Assembly (NCBI GenBank): GCA_963706575.1 | Contig: CAVPNL010000012.1 | Location: 96,001-160,000, forward strand | From: an uncultured delta proteobacterium | GTDB lineage: Bacteria; Desulfobacterota; Desulfobacteria; Desulfobacterales; JAHEIW01 | Length of the DNA stretch: 64,000 nucleotides | Direction of reading: 5' to 3' | Part shown: in pieces, positions 9,513-19,398 of the stretch | Position numbering within the stretch: the stretch's first letter is position 1 | How the letters are laid out: each line of letters begins with the position of its first letter | Made by a program: the position numbers and the translations under genes | Notes under the pieces: generated by a model | What the model was told of the DNA's origin: nothing | Database searches by the model: none | The model's input: only the letters and a program-made list of their open reading frames with translations

Positions 9513-9660
9513 ATATTATGATGCCGTTAAGATTTGAATCCGGTTCGTTAAGTGTTAACGGTGATCACTTGCGAAGAGAAAGGATTGTTAAAACGGAAAA
9601 TCACATGAGGAATTTTTTATTATGATGTTCATATCTTGTCGCTTACGAGATTTTAGATTT

Positions 9661-10758
9661 TCATAGACCAATCTTGTCTTTCTTTAGGCGGCCAAGAGCA
9701 GGTGCAACCAAGCTGCCCACATAGATATAATCTTTCGTTTCCGTTACGCCAGTGTTGATCGGGTAGCTGCCATCAGGATCTTGAAAATCTGCCAGTACCT
9801 TGCCGTTGTCATCAACGGCGATAATATGACCATAAGGAACTGCTTTGGGCCTCATAAAATTCGGCATGCGCCAGATTACTTTCCGCATGAAGGGCTTGTC
9901 TGCAAGTTTATCCATCAACGGGTTGCGCGGCGAAACGAAAGCTACCCAAAAACGCCCCTCATGACCGGTAGATATGTTATCCGGAAAAGAAGGCAGCGAT
10001 CCGATAAGGATTTCAGATGTTCCCTTTTTAGGACCGGCAATCCAGAAGCGGATGACCCTGTATTCCCCCATATCATTCACCAGCACAAAGTTTTGATCGT
10101 GGCTCACCGCGACACCGTTGGCGAAATTCAGACCATCCAGCAGTGTTTTGGCCACGCCGGTGGCGGGGTCATAGACCAGCAATCGCCCGTGGCCGCCATG
10201 CTCCATTAAATCAAGCCGCGCCGCTTCGTAAGGCCCCCCCCATTCTTTCGCGTGAAACTTGGTTGAGGCGTCCGAAAAATAGATCTTGCCATCGGCAGCC
10301 ACGTCTACATTGTTGGCAAAGCCGATCGGCACACCGTCTGCCTTGGTCGCCAGCTCCGAAATTGAGCCGTCCGGTGCGATTGAAATGAGACCCCGAAAAG
10401 CATCCGCCACAATTAAATTGCCATTACCGTCAAAGTCAATTCCCAGAGGCCGGCCCTTGGTGTCTACCCAGTTTTGCGGGTTGGAACAATCAGGGTTCAA
10501 GCGCACGATTCGCCCTTCGTGAGAAGTTGTGTAAATACGTCCCTGAGCGTCCACCGCAATATCTTCGGGACCATGATTGTCAGCAATTGAAAAGGTCTCA
10601 ATACTTTTAAGCCGTTCGTTCACTGCAAATGAACCGGTATAGCCCAGGTTGGGTGGGGCCTCCCAGGCAACCGGATCAATGGACACCGGCCAGGCCAGGA
10701 AGTAAATAATAATAACGATGATGATTAGGAATAGTGACCATAGAATCCTCTTAATCAT
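9661..10758 (-). CDS. Strictosidine synthase/SMP-30-like beta-propeller with N-terminal membrane anchor
   Basis: GPEDIA, GRPLG, YFSDAS, FANGVA and FPDNI motifs; start at MIKRIL after RBS AAGGAGG. Confidence 0.9.
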   Translation of the reverse strand: MIKRILWSLFLIIIVIIIYFLAWPVSIDPVAWEAPPNLGYTGSFAVNERLKSIETFSIADNHGPEDIAVDAQGRIYTTSHEGRIVRLNPDCSNPQNWVDTKGRPLGIDFDGNGNLIVADAFRGLISIAPDGSISELATKADGVPIGFANNVDVAADGKIYFSDASTKFHAKEWGGPYEAARLDLMEHGGHGRLLVYDPATGVAKTLLDGLNFANGVAVSHDQNFVLVNDMGEYRVIRFWIAGPKKGTSEILIGSLPSFPDNISTGHEGRFWVAFVSPRNPLMDKLADKPFMRKVIWRMPNFMRPKAVPYGHIIAVDDNGKVLADFQDPDGSYPINTGVTETKDYIYVGSLVAPALGRLKKDKIGL

Positions 10759-11076
10759 GGTTCCCTCCTTTGCATAATATTTCTTTAGAAAGACCACAAA
10801 CATCTTTCGGTCATGGCGAAGGTAGTCACACTTTGAGGAGTTTCTCCATCTTAATCTTTACCTAAATTGTTAAGCTACTGTTCAAGTCGAGAAATCGTCC
10901 AACAGGTGAATATGAAATGTAGAGAGAATTGAGAATAAAAATGAGTCTTAGATATGGAAATGAGCATCAGGAAGCGTACCACATGCAATTTAATATTTAG
11001 AAAATGGTTATTAATGTCAAGAAAAATCGATTTGTCGCTTCGATAGCAAAGACAGTTTACTTCAGGGCTCCGGACC

Positions 11077-11565
11077 TTACTCGGGTTCGCGGTAGAGCGC
11101 CAGGATTCCGGATCGTGCCAGTTTTTTTATACCCATGGGTTCCAGCAGCCGGATGAGGGCGTCTATCTTTTGCAGCCCGCCGGTGACCTCGATAATGAAA
11201 TGAGTTGATCCGGTATCCACAATCCGACCTCTAAAGGTCTCCACGATACTTAATATTTCGCTGCGGTCTTTTGGGCACGCCTTCACACAGATCATGGCCA
11301 TTTCACGCTTGACGGCTTCCTCACCGGTCATATCCCGGACTTTGATTACGTTAATTAGCCGGCGCAGCTGCTTCATGATTCTTTCAAGCATCTCCGGGTT
11401 TGCCCGAGTCGATATGGTGATGCGCGACATTTTCGGATTGGCCGTCGGTGCGCCACAGATGGTTTCGATATTGTAACCTCGACTGGCAAAAAGTCCCGAA
11501 ACCCTGGCAGTCACACCGGGTTCATTCTCAACCAGCATTGTCAGAATGTGCTTTTCTTCTTTCAT
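11077..11565 (-). CDS. ilvN: Acetolactate synthase regulatory (small) subunit
   Basis: LVENEPGVTARVSGLFASRGYNIETI ACT domain plus C-terminal domain; no large subunit adjacent. Confidence 0.85.
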   Translation of the reverse strand: MKEEKHILTMLVENEPGVTARVSGLFASRGYNIETICGAPTANPKMSRITISTRANPEMLERIMKQLRRLINVIKVRDMTGEEAVKREMAMICVKACPKDRSEILSIVETFRGRIVDTGSTHFIIEVTGGLQKIDALIRLLEPMGIKKLARSGILALYREPE

Positions 11566-11780
11566 TTCTCCCCCTCGAGTCGACAACCGGATAAAATTCC
11601 GCGCTCAAAAACTCTTTTAGCAGATACAGGAGGAGAGATCAATTTAACAAGAACCCATCTTAAATCGTTTAAGCCAAAAAAAGATGTCAAGAAGAGGCTT
11701 GAAAATAAAAGATTCTTGTTACATAAAGAGAGGATCGGGAGTAAAACGCTTAGCGTAAAGCAAACGAAAGGCTAAAAAAG

Positions 11781-12266
11781 ATGTTATCAGAATTTTACAA
11801 CGAGGTCTTAGGGTATGGTCCTGTTGCCGTTCTGCCGCAAAATCTGAACGACAAATGGATTCAGCGGCTGCAAAAAATGGCGGATGATTTTTTGGACAGC
11901 AATTTCAACCTGCATGCCTGTACCGACGCACGCGAGATCGGCGATCCGGTCCTGGCCGCCTGTGTTTATGAAATACTGCGCTATCAGTATAGCGATAAAT
12001 ATGATCTGACCCCCAAAGAAATGGCGGAAAAAATCGTCATATATGCCCTCTCAATTACGATGGAGTCGGTGAATAGACGGGCCGGCTATGGATTGGAGCC
12101 GCCCAGTCTCGACAATATCCTTTCGATGGAGCGGATTCTCTCCTATAAACAGACAAAACCGGAATTTGTGGAATTGCTCAAAGAAGCCTGTATCATCCGT
12201 GAGTCGGAAAAAGGCTGGTTTCAGAATATTAAAGAAAAACTGATTTCAGGGATAAAGGGCAGCTGA
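11781..12266 (+). CDS. Hypothetical protein
   Basis: 161-aa ORF with natural composition; no recognised motif. Confidence 0.7.
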   Translation: MLSEFYNEVLGYGPVAVLPQNLNDKWIQRLQKMADDFLDSNFNLHACTDAREIGDPVLAACVYEILRYQYSDKYDLTPKEMAEKIVIYALSITMESVNRRAGYGLEPPSLDNILSMERILSYKQTKPEFVELLKEACIIRESEKGWFQNIKEKLISGIKGS

Positions 12267-12284
12267 AACAATCCGCCTGCCTGA

Positions 12285-12372
12285 TAGAAGTGGTTTCAAA
12301 ACCTCAGATCAGGTTCCCCGCTTTAACGCGGGATTGCACGTCTTTATTTTAACAAATTAATGTGTGCATCAA
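12285..12372 (+). mobile_element. Truncated MITE-like element (left part of the 44291-44439 element)
   Basis: 87/88 nt identical to 44291-44378; cut off where the composite palindrome begins. Confidence 0.75.
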
Positions 12373-12581
12373 GGGCTAAAAGTGCCTAAAGTAAACTAAA
12401 GCTTGGGCCTCACGCAAAGCCGCAAAAAAACACGTGCGCAAAGACCCGAAGGTTTTTTATTGTTTAAACTAAAATTCTTTGCGGCTTAGCGGCTTTGCGT
12501 GAACAAAAAATTAAAATAGATCGTTCGACCGAGGCTCTCGACGGGCAGAATTCCACAACTTTAGTCACTTTAGATCACTTT
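12369..12581. repeat. Composite palindromic element (AAAGTGMCT outer arms plus GCAAAG inner palindrome)
   Basis: Inner arms begin at 12409 and end at 12502. The right outer arm agaattccacaactttagtcactttagatcactt is nearly identical to 17364-17397. Confidence 0.85.
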
Positions 12582-12623
12582 CTAATGAAAGATCTGATCT
12601 GATGCCCATAAGAGGACTGTGAG

Positions 12624-13262
12624 ATGGTTAATCTTAAAGACACCGTTGATTTTTACTGGGATCCGGTCTGCCCCTGGTGCTGGATCACTTCACGCTGGAT
12701 GATTGATGTCGGCCGCCAAAAACGGATTCAGGTTAACTGGAAATTGTTTAGCCTTAAAAAAATCAATGAAGGCCGTGACATCCCCGAGCATTTTAGAATA
12801 TTGCATAAAATGGGCCTGCAGGCCTTGCGGGTGGCCGCCGCCGTGAGCAAGTCGTATGGAAATGACGGTCTTGCAAAGCTTTACACGGTGATGGGGACCC
12901 GCTACCATCACGATAATGAGGATATCGATGATCCCGAAGTTTTAGATGAAATTCTAAAAACCTGCGGCTTTCCAGCCCGGCTGAAAGATGCGCTTGAGGA
13001 CGAAAGCTTGGATCAAAGAATTGCAGCGGACATGGATCAGGCGGTTGCCAAGGTCGGCAAAGACGTGGGTGTGCCGCTCATCGTTCTTGACGGTGGCAAA
13101 GGGCCGGGTTTTTTCGGTCCGGTCTGCAGCCCGGCACCAACCGGAAAAGCAGCCGTCGAGCTGTGGGATGCAATCATCATCGCCGGCAGGACGCCCGGTT
13201 TTTACGAGCTCAAGCGCAGCCGGGAAACCGAACCCCTGTTTGCCGAGCGCCCCAAAATTTAA
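12624..13262 (+). CDS. DsbA-like thioredoxin-fold protein (Rv2466c-like)
   Basis: FYWDPVCPWCWITSRW CxxC motif, VGKDVGVP, GFFGPV, FYELKRSR. Confidence 0.85.
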   Translation: MVNLKDTVDFYWDPVCPWCWITSRWMIDVGRQKRIQVNWKLFSLKKINEGRDIPEHFRILHKMGLQALRVAAAVSKSYGNDGLAKLYTVMGTRYHHDNEDIDDPEVLDEILKTCGFPARLKDALEDESLDQRIAADMDQAVAKVGKDVGVPLIVLDGGKGPGFFGPVCSPAPTGKAAVELWDAIIIAGRTPGFYELKRSRETEPLFAERPKI

Positions 13263-13421
13263 GCGTCATTTCAAAAATCAGCCTGCCACATAAACCTGTA
13301 ATTCCCACCTGACAAATGCCGGTTTGACATCTGCCGACCACCGACTATGTTACTATAAACGAACAGCTAAACTGAAGCTGTATCGTTTCCTGAATTGCAT
13401 AAATAAGGAGGAAATATTCCC

Positions 13422-13637
13422 ATGACCGATATGCCAAGAAGAGATATAACCGGGCATTGTGAAGGCGATTGCAAGGATCGCGTTTTGGGGGGCGAAAAAG
13501 AACGGCAGAAAAAAATCGCCAAATCGAGATTAAGAGCGCAGGCTCCTTTCCGACTGCCCCCGGTGCGAAATTCCGCAACGATCCACCAGGTTGGTTGGGC
13601 GCGCACGTATAAAGCGGCGGTGTTTAACGACAGATAA
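13422..13637 (+). CDS. Small basic hypothetical protein (71 aa), monocistronic
   Basis: Strong RBS AAGGAGG, upstream TTGACA (13324), downstream terminator. Confidence 0.6.
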   Translation: MTDMPRRDITGHCEGDCKDRVLGGEKERQKKIAKSRLRAQAPFRLPPVRNSATIHQVGWARTYKAAVFNDR

Positions 13638-13692
13638 GAAAACCAGATACCGCCGGTTACCCGGTTTGGGTAGCGGTGAAAAACAAAATTAT

Positions 13693-13720
13693 AGGGAGGC
13701 ATTCGCCTCCCTCTTTTTTT
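13693..13720 (+). terminator. Intrinsic terminator
   Basis: agggaggc-attc-gcctccct followed by c and T7. Confidence 0.8.
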
Positions 13721-14111
13721 CCAAAAAGCGTCCGATCTTTTGCACAGCACAACCTTAAAAATTGTAAATACATATGCAAATCCCGGTTTAAAAATTGTAA
13801 ATTTATCTACAATTAGAAGCGCGGACGAAATAACGCTAGCCTCACACAAACCGGCCCGCCTCGCCTTGCTCACATAGCGGGCGTGGGACGCAAAGATACT
13901 TTGGGATATAGAACCAAAATATATCTTTGCGGGCTTTGTCCGCCGTCACTTTAGCTAAGGCGCGGCACACGACATTGGTTGCGAATCATCGGAACTGATC
14001 AGTTTGCGATGTAATCACTTTAAATCAATAAGGATTCTAAAAAACTAGCTCCGAACTAGGCAACGGTCTAGTATTTTAGACTTCTTTTTAGGCAATAGAC
14101 TAGTTTGTTGT

Positions 14112-14882
14112 TCAGGTTTTTTTCTTCGGCCGATCTTTGTCCAGCAGCGCAACCAGCTCTTTTTGGTTTAAAACCGGGTATCCGTATTCTTGCGCAATCT
14201 TTTCATCCCGGGGACCGGTGTACCCCCAGGAGGCCAGTAGCAGCCTGATCATCTTATTTCCCGCATTTGCAGAATTTTCGAGCTCCTGTAGGTTTTTAAC
14301 CGAATCGTCAATAAAATAAAATGGTTGATCTGCGAATCGCTTCTGAATCTGTCGCATGTTTTCGACTTTGCTGGCTCCATGATCGCCGCTGTAAACATCA
14401 ACCGCATGAATGTTGAGGCCAAAGTGCCGGCACAGCTGTAAGGTTGCATCCCGGTTTTTGTTCGTTAAAATGACAAACGGATATTTTCGGCGCTGGAGCA
14501 GATGGCCCCACAGCGGTTGATAGGGTCGATGAAGCGCTAACCAGCATTCCGGATCGCTGGCGATAAATTGACCGCGCGTTTCATAAATTCGGAGGGTTCG
14601 ATCGGTTATGGAGGCCGTTGCGTCGGAAATTAAGGCTTCATATTCATGTGGATTTAAAATTTGTTCGAATTTGTTGCGATAATTATTCAGGCACCAGTTC
14701 ATCAGTAAAATCGCATCCCCGATGGCTTGAACATGGAAGCGGTTATGTTGAAACAGTCCGACCAGCGCCGTGGGCAAATCGGCCAGGGAAGTAACCTGTT
14801 TGCCGGTGACCGCGTTGTAGGCCGTTAAGGTGACTTCATCGAGTGAATTGATCAGCACGCCGTCAAAATCAAAAATCAGCAT
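14112..14882 (-). CDS. HAD-superfamily hydrolase
   Basis: LIFDFDGVLINS motif I, ILTNK, FIDD, LASWGY. Confidence 0.85.
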   Translation of the reverse strand: MLIFDFDGVLINSLDEVTLTAYNAVTGKQVTSLADLPTALVGLFQHNRFHVQAIGDAILLMNWCLNNYRNKFEQILNPHEYEALISDATASITDRTLRIYETRGQFIASDPECWLALHRPYQPLWGHLLQRRKYPFVILTNKNRDATLQLCRHFGLNIHAVDVYSGDHGASKVENMRQIQKRFADQPFYFIDDSVKNLQELENSANAGNKMIRLLLASWGYTGPRDEKIAQEYGYPVLNQKELVALLDKDRPKKKT

Positions 14883-14985
14883 GTTTTCGTTTCCACTTCT
14901 GTTTTAGATTCTGCAAGCTTACAGACGCGATTGCCGCTTTAACTGCTGTCTGGTGGTTAATGTACCTTTCCGATTAAATACAATT

Positions 14986-15114
14986 CACCACGAAGGCACA
15001 AAGTTCACGAAGGGATTTTTTATATTTATTTAACCTTTCTTGGTGTCCTTTGTGTCTTTGTGGTTAATATCTTTCTATTTATTGAAACTTTGCGTCTTTG
15101 CGGCTTTGCGTGAG
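14986..15114. repeat. 9-nt-unit palindrome (14986-15064) plus an orphan right arm (15088-15114)
   Basis: caccacgaaggcacaaagttcacgaag ... cttggtgtcctttgtgtctttgtggt, then ctttgcgtctttgcggctttgcgtgag. Confidence 0.8.
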
Positions 15115-15380
15115 ACCCTATCCTTCGTTCGCTCCTCGTTCAATTTTCTTTGTGTTCTTCGCGTTTTTACTGAAAAAAGTTCTAAAGTTTTTTTAAAAAA
15201 TGACCGATATATATATTATGCGTGTTTCGGGAGACACGCTAAGTCACCTTCTTTTACTAACTTCGGAACCTGGGGCGGTCCTTTTAGGGCGGCCCCAGTT
15301 TTTTTGGATCCACCGATCCCGCCAATTCCATTCTACTCTTATTCAGTGTTCCCACTCAAAAACGAGTCTTAAGCGCCGGC

Positions 15381-16277
15381 TTATTTGCGGTTAACGATAT
15401 AAATCCCGATACTGACCAGTATCAGGCTGACAATTAACTGCAGCGTCAACGGTTCGTTGAGCAGGCCCACCCCGGCAAGCGTTGCAAACACCGGCGTCAA
15501 AAAGCTGAAACTGGAGAGTCGACTGACCGCATAGCTATGAACCAGAAAAAACCACCCCAGGTAGCTGAAAAACGCGACCACAATCCCCTGGTAGGCGACG
15601 GTGAGCAAAATCAGCCAATCAACATGAGAAACCGGGGTTTCCTGAAAGACAAAACTGAGTAAAAACAGAATGGGGATCGAAAACAGGATCTGGTAAAAAA
15701 GGGTATGATAGGGCGATATCGCGGCCACCAGCCGGCGCTTGATATACACTGTGGTCAAAGCCCAGAGCACGGCAGCGCCGATGGCCAGAAGATCTCCGGT
15801 TAATTGCTGCATTGAAGGCAGGCCCAGATGTTTGCTCAGCAAGATCAAAATTCCGGCAAAGGACAGGACCAGCCCGGCGGCTTTGTTCCAGGACAGGCGG
15901 TCGCCGAATAAAAAGAAATGGGCGCCGAGGGCATGGAAGAAAGGTGAGGTGAACAGCAGAATCCAGGCTGAGGAAGCAGTGGTGTATGAAAGCGCTAAAT
16001 ACAAAAGACCGAATTCGGCTCCGAACAAAAATCCGATAATCAGACCGTCCATAAGCCGACCCGGAAACAATTCGAGCCGCTTGCGGACCATCCAGATCAC
16101 CAGACAAACCGTTGCAATAACCGATCTGAGACCCGCGCCGAAAAGAGGAGCAATACCTTCGTTACTGATTTTAATGGCAACTGCATTCAATCCCCAGATC
16201 AAACACAGCGCCATCAGCAGAGTGGCCGCTTTGGCATCAAGTCTGTCACCCACTACGGAATCGGTATCCATCATCAT
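15381..16277 (-). CDS. DMT/EamA family transporter
   Basis: About 10 TM segments, IWGLNAVAIK, two EamA repeats. Confidence 0.9.
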   Translation of the reverse strand: MMMDTDSVVGDRLDAKAATLLMALCLIWGLNAVAIKISNEGIAPLFGAGLRSVIATVCLVIWMVRKRLELFPGRLMDGLIIGFLFGAEFGLLYLALSYTTASSAWILLFTSPFFHALGAHFFLFGDRLSWNKAAGLVLSFAGILILLSKHLGLPSMQQLTGDLLAIGAAVLWALTTVYIKRRLVAAISPYHTLFYQILFSIPILFLLSFVFQETPVSHVDWLILLTVAYQGIVVAFFSYLGWFFLVHSYAVSRLSSFSFLTPVFATLAGVGLLNEPLTLQLIVSLILVSIGIYIVNRK

Positions 16278-16493
16278 ATCTCTCGGTTAAAATGCGGGCC
16301 AGGAACACGCGCATGCTCGCCTTTCATACAATAAATATTGCTATTTGTCACAGTGTAAGCGAATATAAAAATATCTGTTCAAAATTATGATGGATGACGG
16401 ATAATTCGATTTTTTCCGCAAATAGTTCACCCGGGGAAATCTCCAATGGAGCGGTCACCATTCCAAAGCGTCTGTCTTTGATAGGAGGGTAAA

Positions 16494-17255
16494 ATGAGGG
16501 TGAGAGCCGTTTTGGTCGTTCTTTTTATGCCGGTGCTTGCGTTTGCCGGAAGTATTGAAAATACGCAACATCTGGAATTATCCATAAAAGATATCCAGTC
16601 AATACAGATCATATGCGGGCCGGGCTCGCTGGACGTATTCGGGGTCGAGAGAAGTGACCGAATAAAAATCACGGCCACCGTCAAAATCAATGGCATTACC
16701 CAAAACAGGCTCCAGGATTTTTTAGACAAACACGTGCTGTTGTCACTAAAAAAACGTAACCGTAAGGCCGTCTTGCAAAGTGAATTCAAAAATCAGAACC
16801 TGATGAAAGCAGATGCCAAAATCGATTTAACCGTTGAGGTCCCTAAAAGCCTCAGTGTAAAAATAGATGATGGCAGCGGCTCGATATTCGTTACCGATCT
16901 ATCTACAGATTTGAAAATAGTAGACGGCTCCGGATCGATTGAGATTCGAATGACTGCGGGGCCTGTATCCATTTCGGATGGTTCCGGTAAAATTGAACTG
17001 ACGGACATCACCGGTAACCTTGAAGTTAAAGATGGGTCCGGCATGATTAATATTAGTCGTGTCAGGGGCAATGTTCATGTGGTCGACGGCTCCGGCAGCA
17101 TGACCATTAAGGATATCGACGGCAGCTTGACGGTTACGGACGGCTCCGGCAGCATTGAAATAAGCGATGTGACCCAAAACGTTTTTATCAAAGACGCCGG
17201 CAGCGGCATTCTTGAGATTGAAGGGGTTAAGGGAAAGGTAATAAGGAGAGAGTAA
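16494..17255 (+). CDS. Secreted DUF4097-like beta-strand-repeat protein
   Basis: Signal peptide; seven D(G/A)SG-I repeats of ~19 aa. Confidence 0.85.
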   Translation: MRVRAVLVVLFMPVLAFAGSIENTQHLELSIKDIQSIQIICGPGSLDVFGVERSDRIKITATVKINGITQNRLQDFLDKHVLLSLKKRNRKAVLQSEFKNQNLMKADAKIDLTVEVPKSLSVKIDDGSGSIFVTDLSTDLKIVDGSGSIEIRMTAGPVSISDGSGKIELTDITGNLEVKDGSGMINISRVRGNVHVVDGSGSMTIKDIDGSLTVTDGSGSIEISDVTQNVFIKDAGSGILEIEGVKGKVIRRE

Positions 17256-17256
17256 A

Positions 17257-17414
17257 AAAGTGACTAGAGTGAGCTAAAGTGACTAGAGTGCCTAAAGTTA
17301 AGGTGTCACTCGCGCAGCGCAGGCGCTTGTGCCGCGTGTTGCTCCTTCATTAATAAAAATGAAAGAATTCCATAACTTTAGTCACTTTAGATCACTTCCA
17401 ACTTTAGTTCACTT
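17257..17414. repeat. AAAGTGMCT-unit palindromic element
   Basis: aaagtgactagagtgagctaaagtgactagagtgcctaaagtt ... aactttagtcactttagatcacttccaactttagttcactt, between convergent genes. Confidence 0.85.
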
Positions 17415-17479
17415 GCTTTTTGGGCCCCTTTTTCAATAATAAACAGCAAGATTGAGTGCTGGGAATTAGGTAATTGAAA

Positions 17480-18679
17480 TCAATTATCAGAATTGATGTC
17501 TTCTCGAATAACATAATTCAAATAGTCTAAAAACTCCGGATCTTCACACATCCCCTTGTCTTGGCTGTCGCTGATTTTGGCAACCGGTTTGCGGTTGCAC
17601 TCCACCATCTTAATCACTATCTGGGGCGCAACAAACCCACAGTCATTGGTCAGGTTGGTTCCGATACCGAAGGAAGTTTGAATCTGCTCATGGAAGCGCT
17701 TAAAAATATCAACCGCTGATTCAAGCGTGAGGCCGTCGCTGTAAACGGCCGATTTGGTTTTCGGATCAATTCGCATCTCTTTGTAATGCGCAATGAGTTT
17801 TTCGGTCCACACGACGGGATCACCTGAATCCTGACGGCAGCCGTTAAAGAGCAAGGAGAAAAAACGGTCAAAATCTTTTAAGAACTTATCAAAACCCATG
17901 GTGTCGGAGAGCGCAATTCCCAGCTCTCCCCGATATTCATCCGCCCAGCACTGCAGCGCAACCTTCTGGCTGTCAACCAGCCGGGGCCCCAATTGCTGGT
18001 GGGCCTGAAAAAATTCGTGAGCCATGGTTCCGATCGGTTTTATCCCGAGCTTCATCGCAAAGTGGACATTGCTGCTACCAACCAGATTCCGGTTACAGTT
18101 GTCGATCAGGTAACTGAGGACTTCTTCCTGCCATGAATATGAGGCCCGCCGCCGGGTGCCAAATTCTGCAAATTTGAACCGCGTGTCCGCAATTGTGGCC
18201 TTATTCAGAAAGCGAACTTTGTCTTTCAGCCGTTTGCGGCCATCTTGCATCCAGATATCGTCATCAACACCGTGCGAACTGGAATAAAGTTCGCTGATGA
18301 TCGCCAGAACGGGAAGTTCATATAAAATTGTATTTAACCAGGGCCCCTCAATATCAATTTTCAACTGGCCCGCTTCGATACCGATATTAATATAATTTCG
18401 ATTCAGCTGAAACAATCTCAGATATTCGATAAAATCCGGTTTAAAAAAGCGGATGGAGGCCAGATAGTTTATCTCCGCTTCAGTAAACCGGAGCTCACAG
18501 AGCCGGTCGATTTCTGTATCAACTTTGCTTTTGAAATCCTGCAGAGAGACTGTTAAACACATTTCATCCCAATTTCGCCACTTAAAGGTATAGCGCACCC
18601 AGGCGCTGGCATACTGGTGAAGAACCACCTGCATCATGGTCAGCTTATAAAAATCGGTATCGAGCAAGCTGTGTATCAT
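17480..18679 (-). CDS. pncB: Nicotinate phosphoribosyltransferase
   Basis: SLLDTDFYKLTM, EFGTRRR, GTMAHE, RQDSGDP, FGIGTNLT, VAKISD. Confidence 0.95.
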   Translation of the reverse strand: MIHSLLDTDFYKLTMMQVVLHQYASAWVRYTFKWRNWDEMCLTVSLQDFKSKVDTEIDRLCELRFTEAEINYLASIRFFKPDFIEYLRLFQLNRNYINIGIEAGQLKIDIEGPWLNTILYELPVLAIISELYSSSHGVDDDIWMQDGRKRLKDKVRFLNKATIADTRFKFAEFGTRRRASYSWQEEVLSYLIDNCNRNLVGSSNVHFAMKLGIKPIGTMAHEFFQAHQQLGPRLVDSQKVALQCWADEYRGELGIALSDTMGFDKFLKDFDRFFSLLFNGCRQDSGDPVVWTEKLIAHYKEMRIDPKTKSAVYSDGLTLESAVDIFKRFHEQIQTSFGIGTNLTNDCGFVAPQIVIKMVECNRKPVAKISDSQDKGMCEDPEFLDYLNYVIREDINSDN

Positions 18680-18740
18680 GCCGTATCCCTTTCGCGGAAG
18701 ATTGGAAAAAAAGCTGGGAGTAGCCGCGTTCTGCCCTAAT

Positions 18741-18797
18741 TAGAATCCATCTCAAAAATAGGATTTTGGACCAAAAAAAATTTTGAGACGGATACTA
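18741..18797. mobile_element. Very short MITE-like element, related to 40781-40902
   Basis: TAGAATCCATCTCAAAA...TTTTGAGACGGATACTA (15/17 TIR, TA at both ends); shares tctcaaaaataggattttgg with the reverse complement of the 40.9-kb end. Confidence 0.6.
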
Positions 18798-19058
18798 CAG
18801 TGTACAACCTAGCATGCAACGTTTAAAGCGCTTTCATATAAGATCTAATTAAATTAATCAAATTAATAAATACGATACCGAATGCAGGGAAGAAATGGTT
18901 ATCGGACAACCGCCACGACCTGCTTATCGTTCAGTAGGATTTACAAAAAAAAACGATATCGCTTGCTTAACATCTCTCATTCGCTAATTATAATATAGGA
19001 ATGATTTAAAAATAATCTGCACATATGATTCAAATTTTAAATTTAATCGGAGGGCGAC

Positions 19059-19361
19059 ATGGCAGTGAAAATTTTTATTAAACGATATGTTAAACAAGGC
19101 AAGACTCAAGAGGCCGTAGAATTACTGAAAGACGTCCGCAGCCACGCGCTCAAACAGCCGGGATATATTTCCGGCGAGACCCTGATCAATCATTATGATC
19201 CCTGCAACATAACGGTGGTCTCAACCTGGCAAACGATAGACGACTGGATCCGCTGGGAGGAAAGCGATGAGCGCTCCGCCAAAGAGAATCAACTGGAAGG
19301 TTTGCAGGAAGGGCCGGCGGATTTTGAGATATACGATTTGGGGTTGGTTTCCAGCAGCTAG
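19059..19361 (+). CDS. Antibiotic biosynthesis monooxygenase (ABM) family protein
   Basis: QPGYISGETL...VVSTWQTIDDW; paralog of 25494-25784. Confidence 0.85.
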   Translation: MAVKIFIKRYVKQGKTQEAVELLKDVRSHALKQPGYISGETLINHYDPCNITVVSTWQTIDDWIRWEESDERSAKENQLEGLQEGPADFEIYDLGLVSSS

Positions 19362-19398
19362 CAAAAATTCTGTGACTTTATTTCAAGTTAATATAATA

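Noticed and set aside
13841..13970. c-di-GMP-I riboswitch-like CAAACC...GGGACGCAAAG
   Set aside because: There is no GNRA-capped P2 or proper P3. The sequence is better explained as a GCAAAG palindrome interrupted by small GC hairpins, and no same-strand gene follows.
15040..15394. ORFs 15040-15372, 15200-15394, 24211-24447, 27839-28123
   Set aside because: They run through repeat elements or AT-rich intergenic DNA, with low-complexity translations and no RBS.
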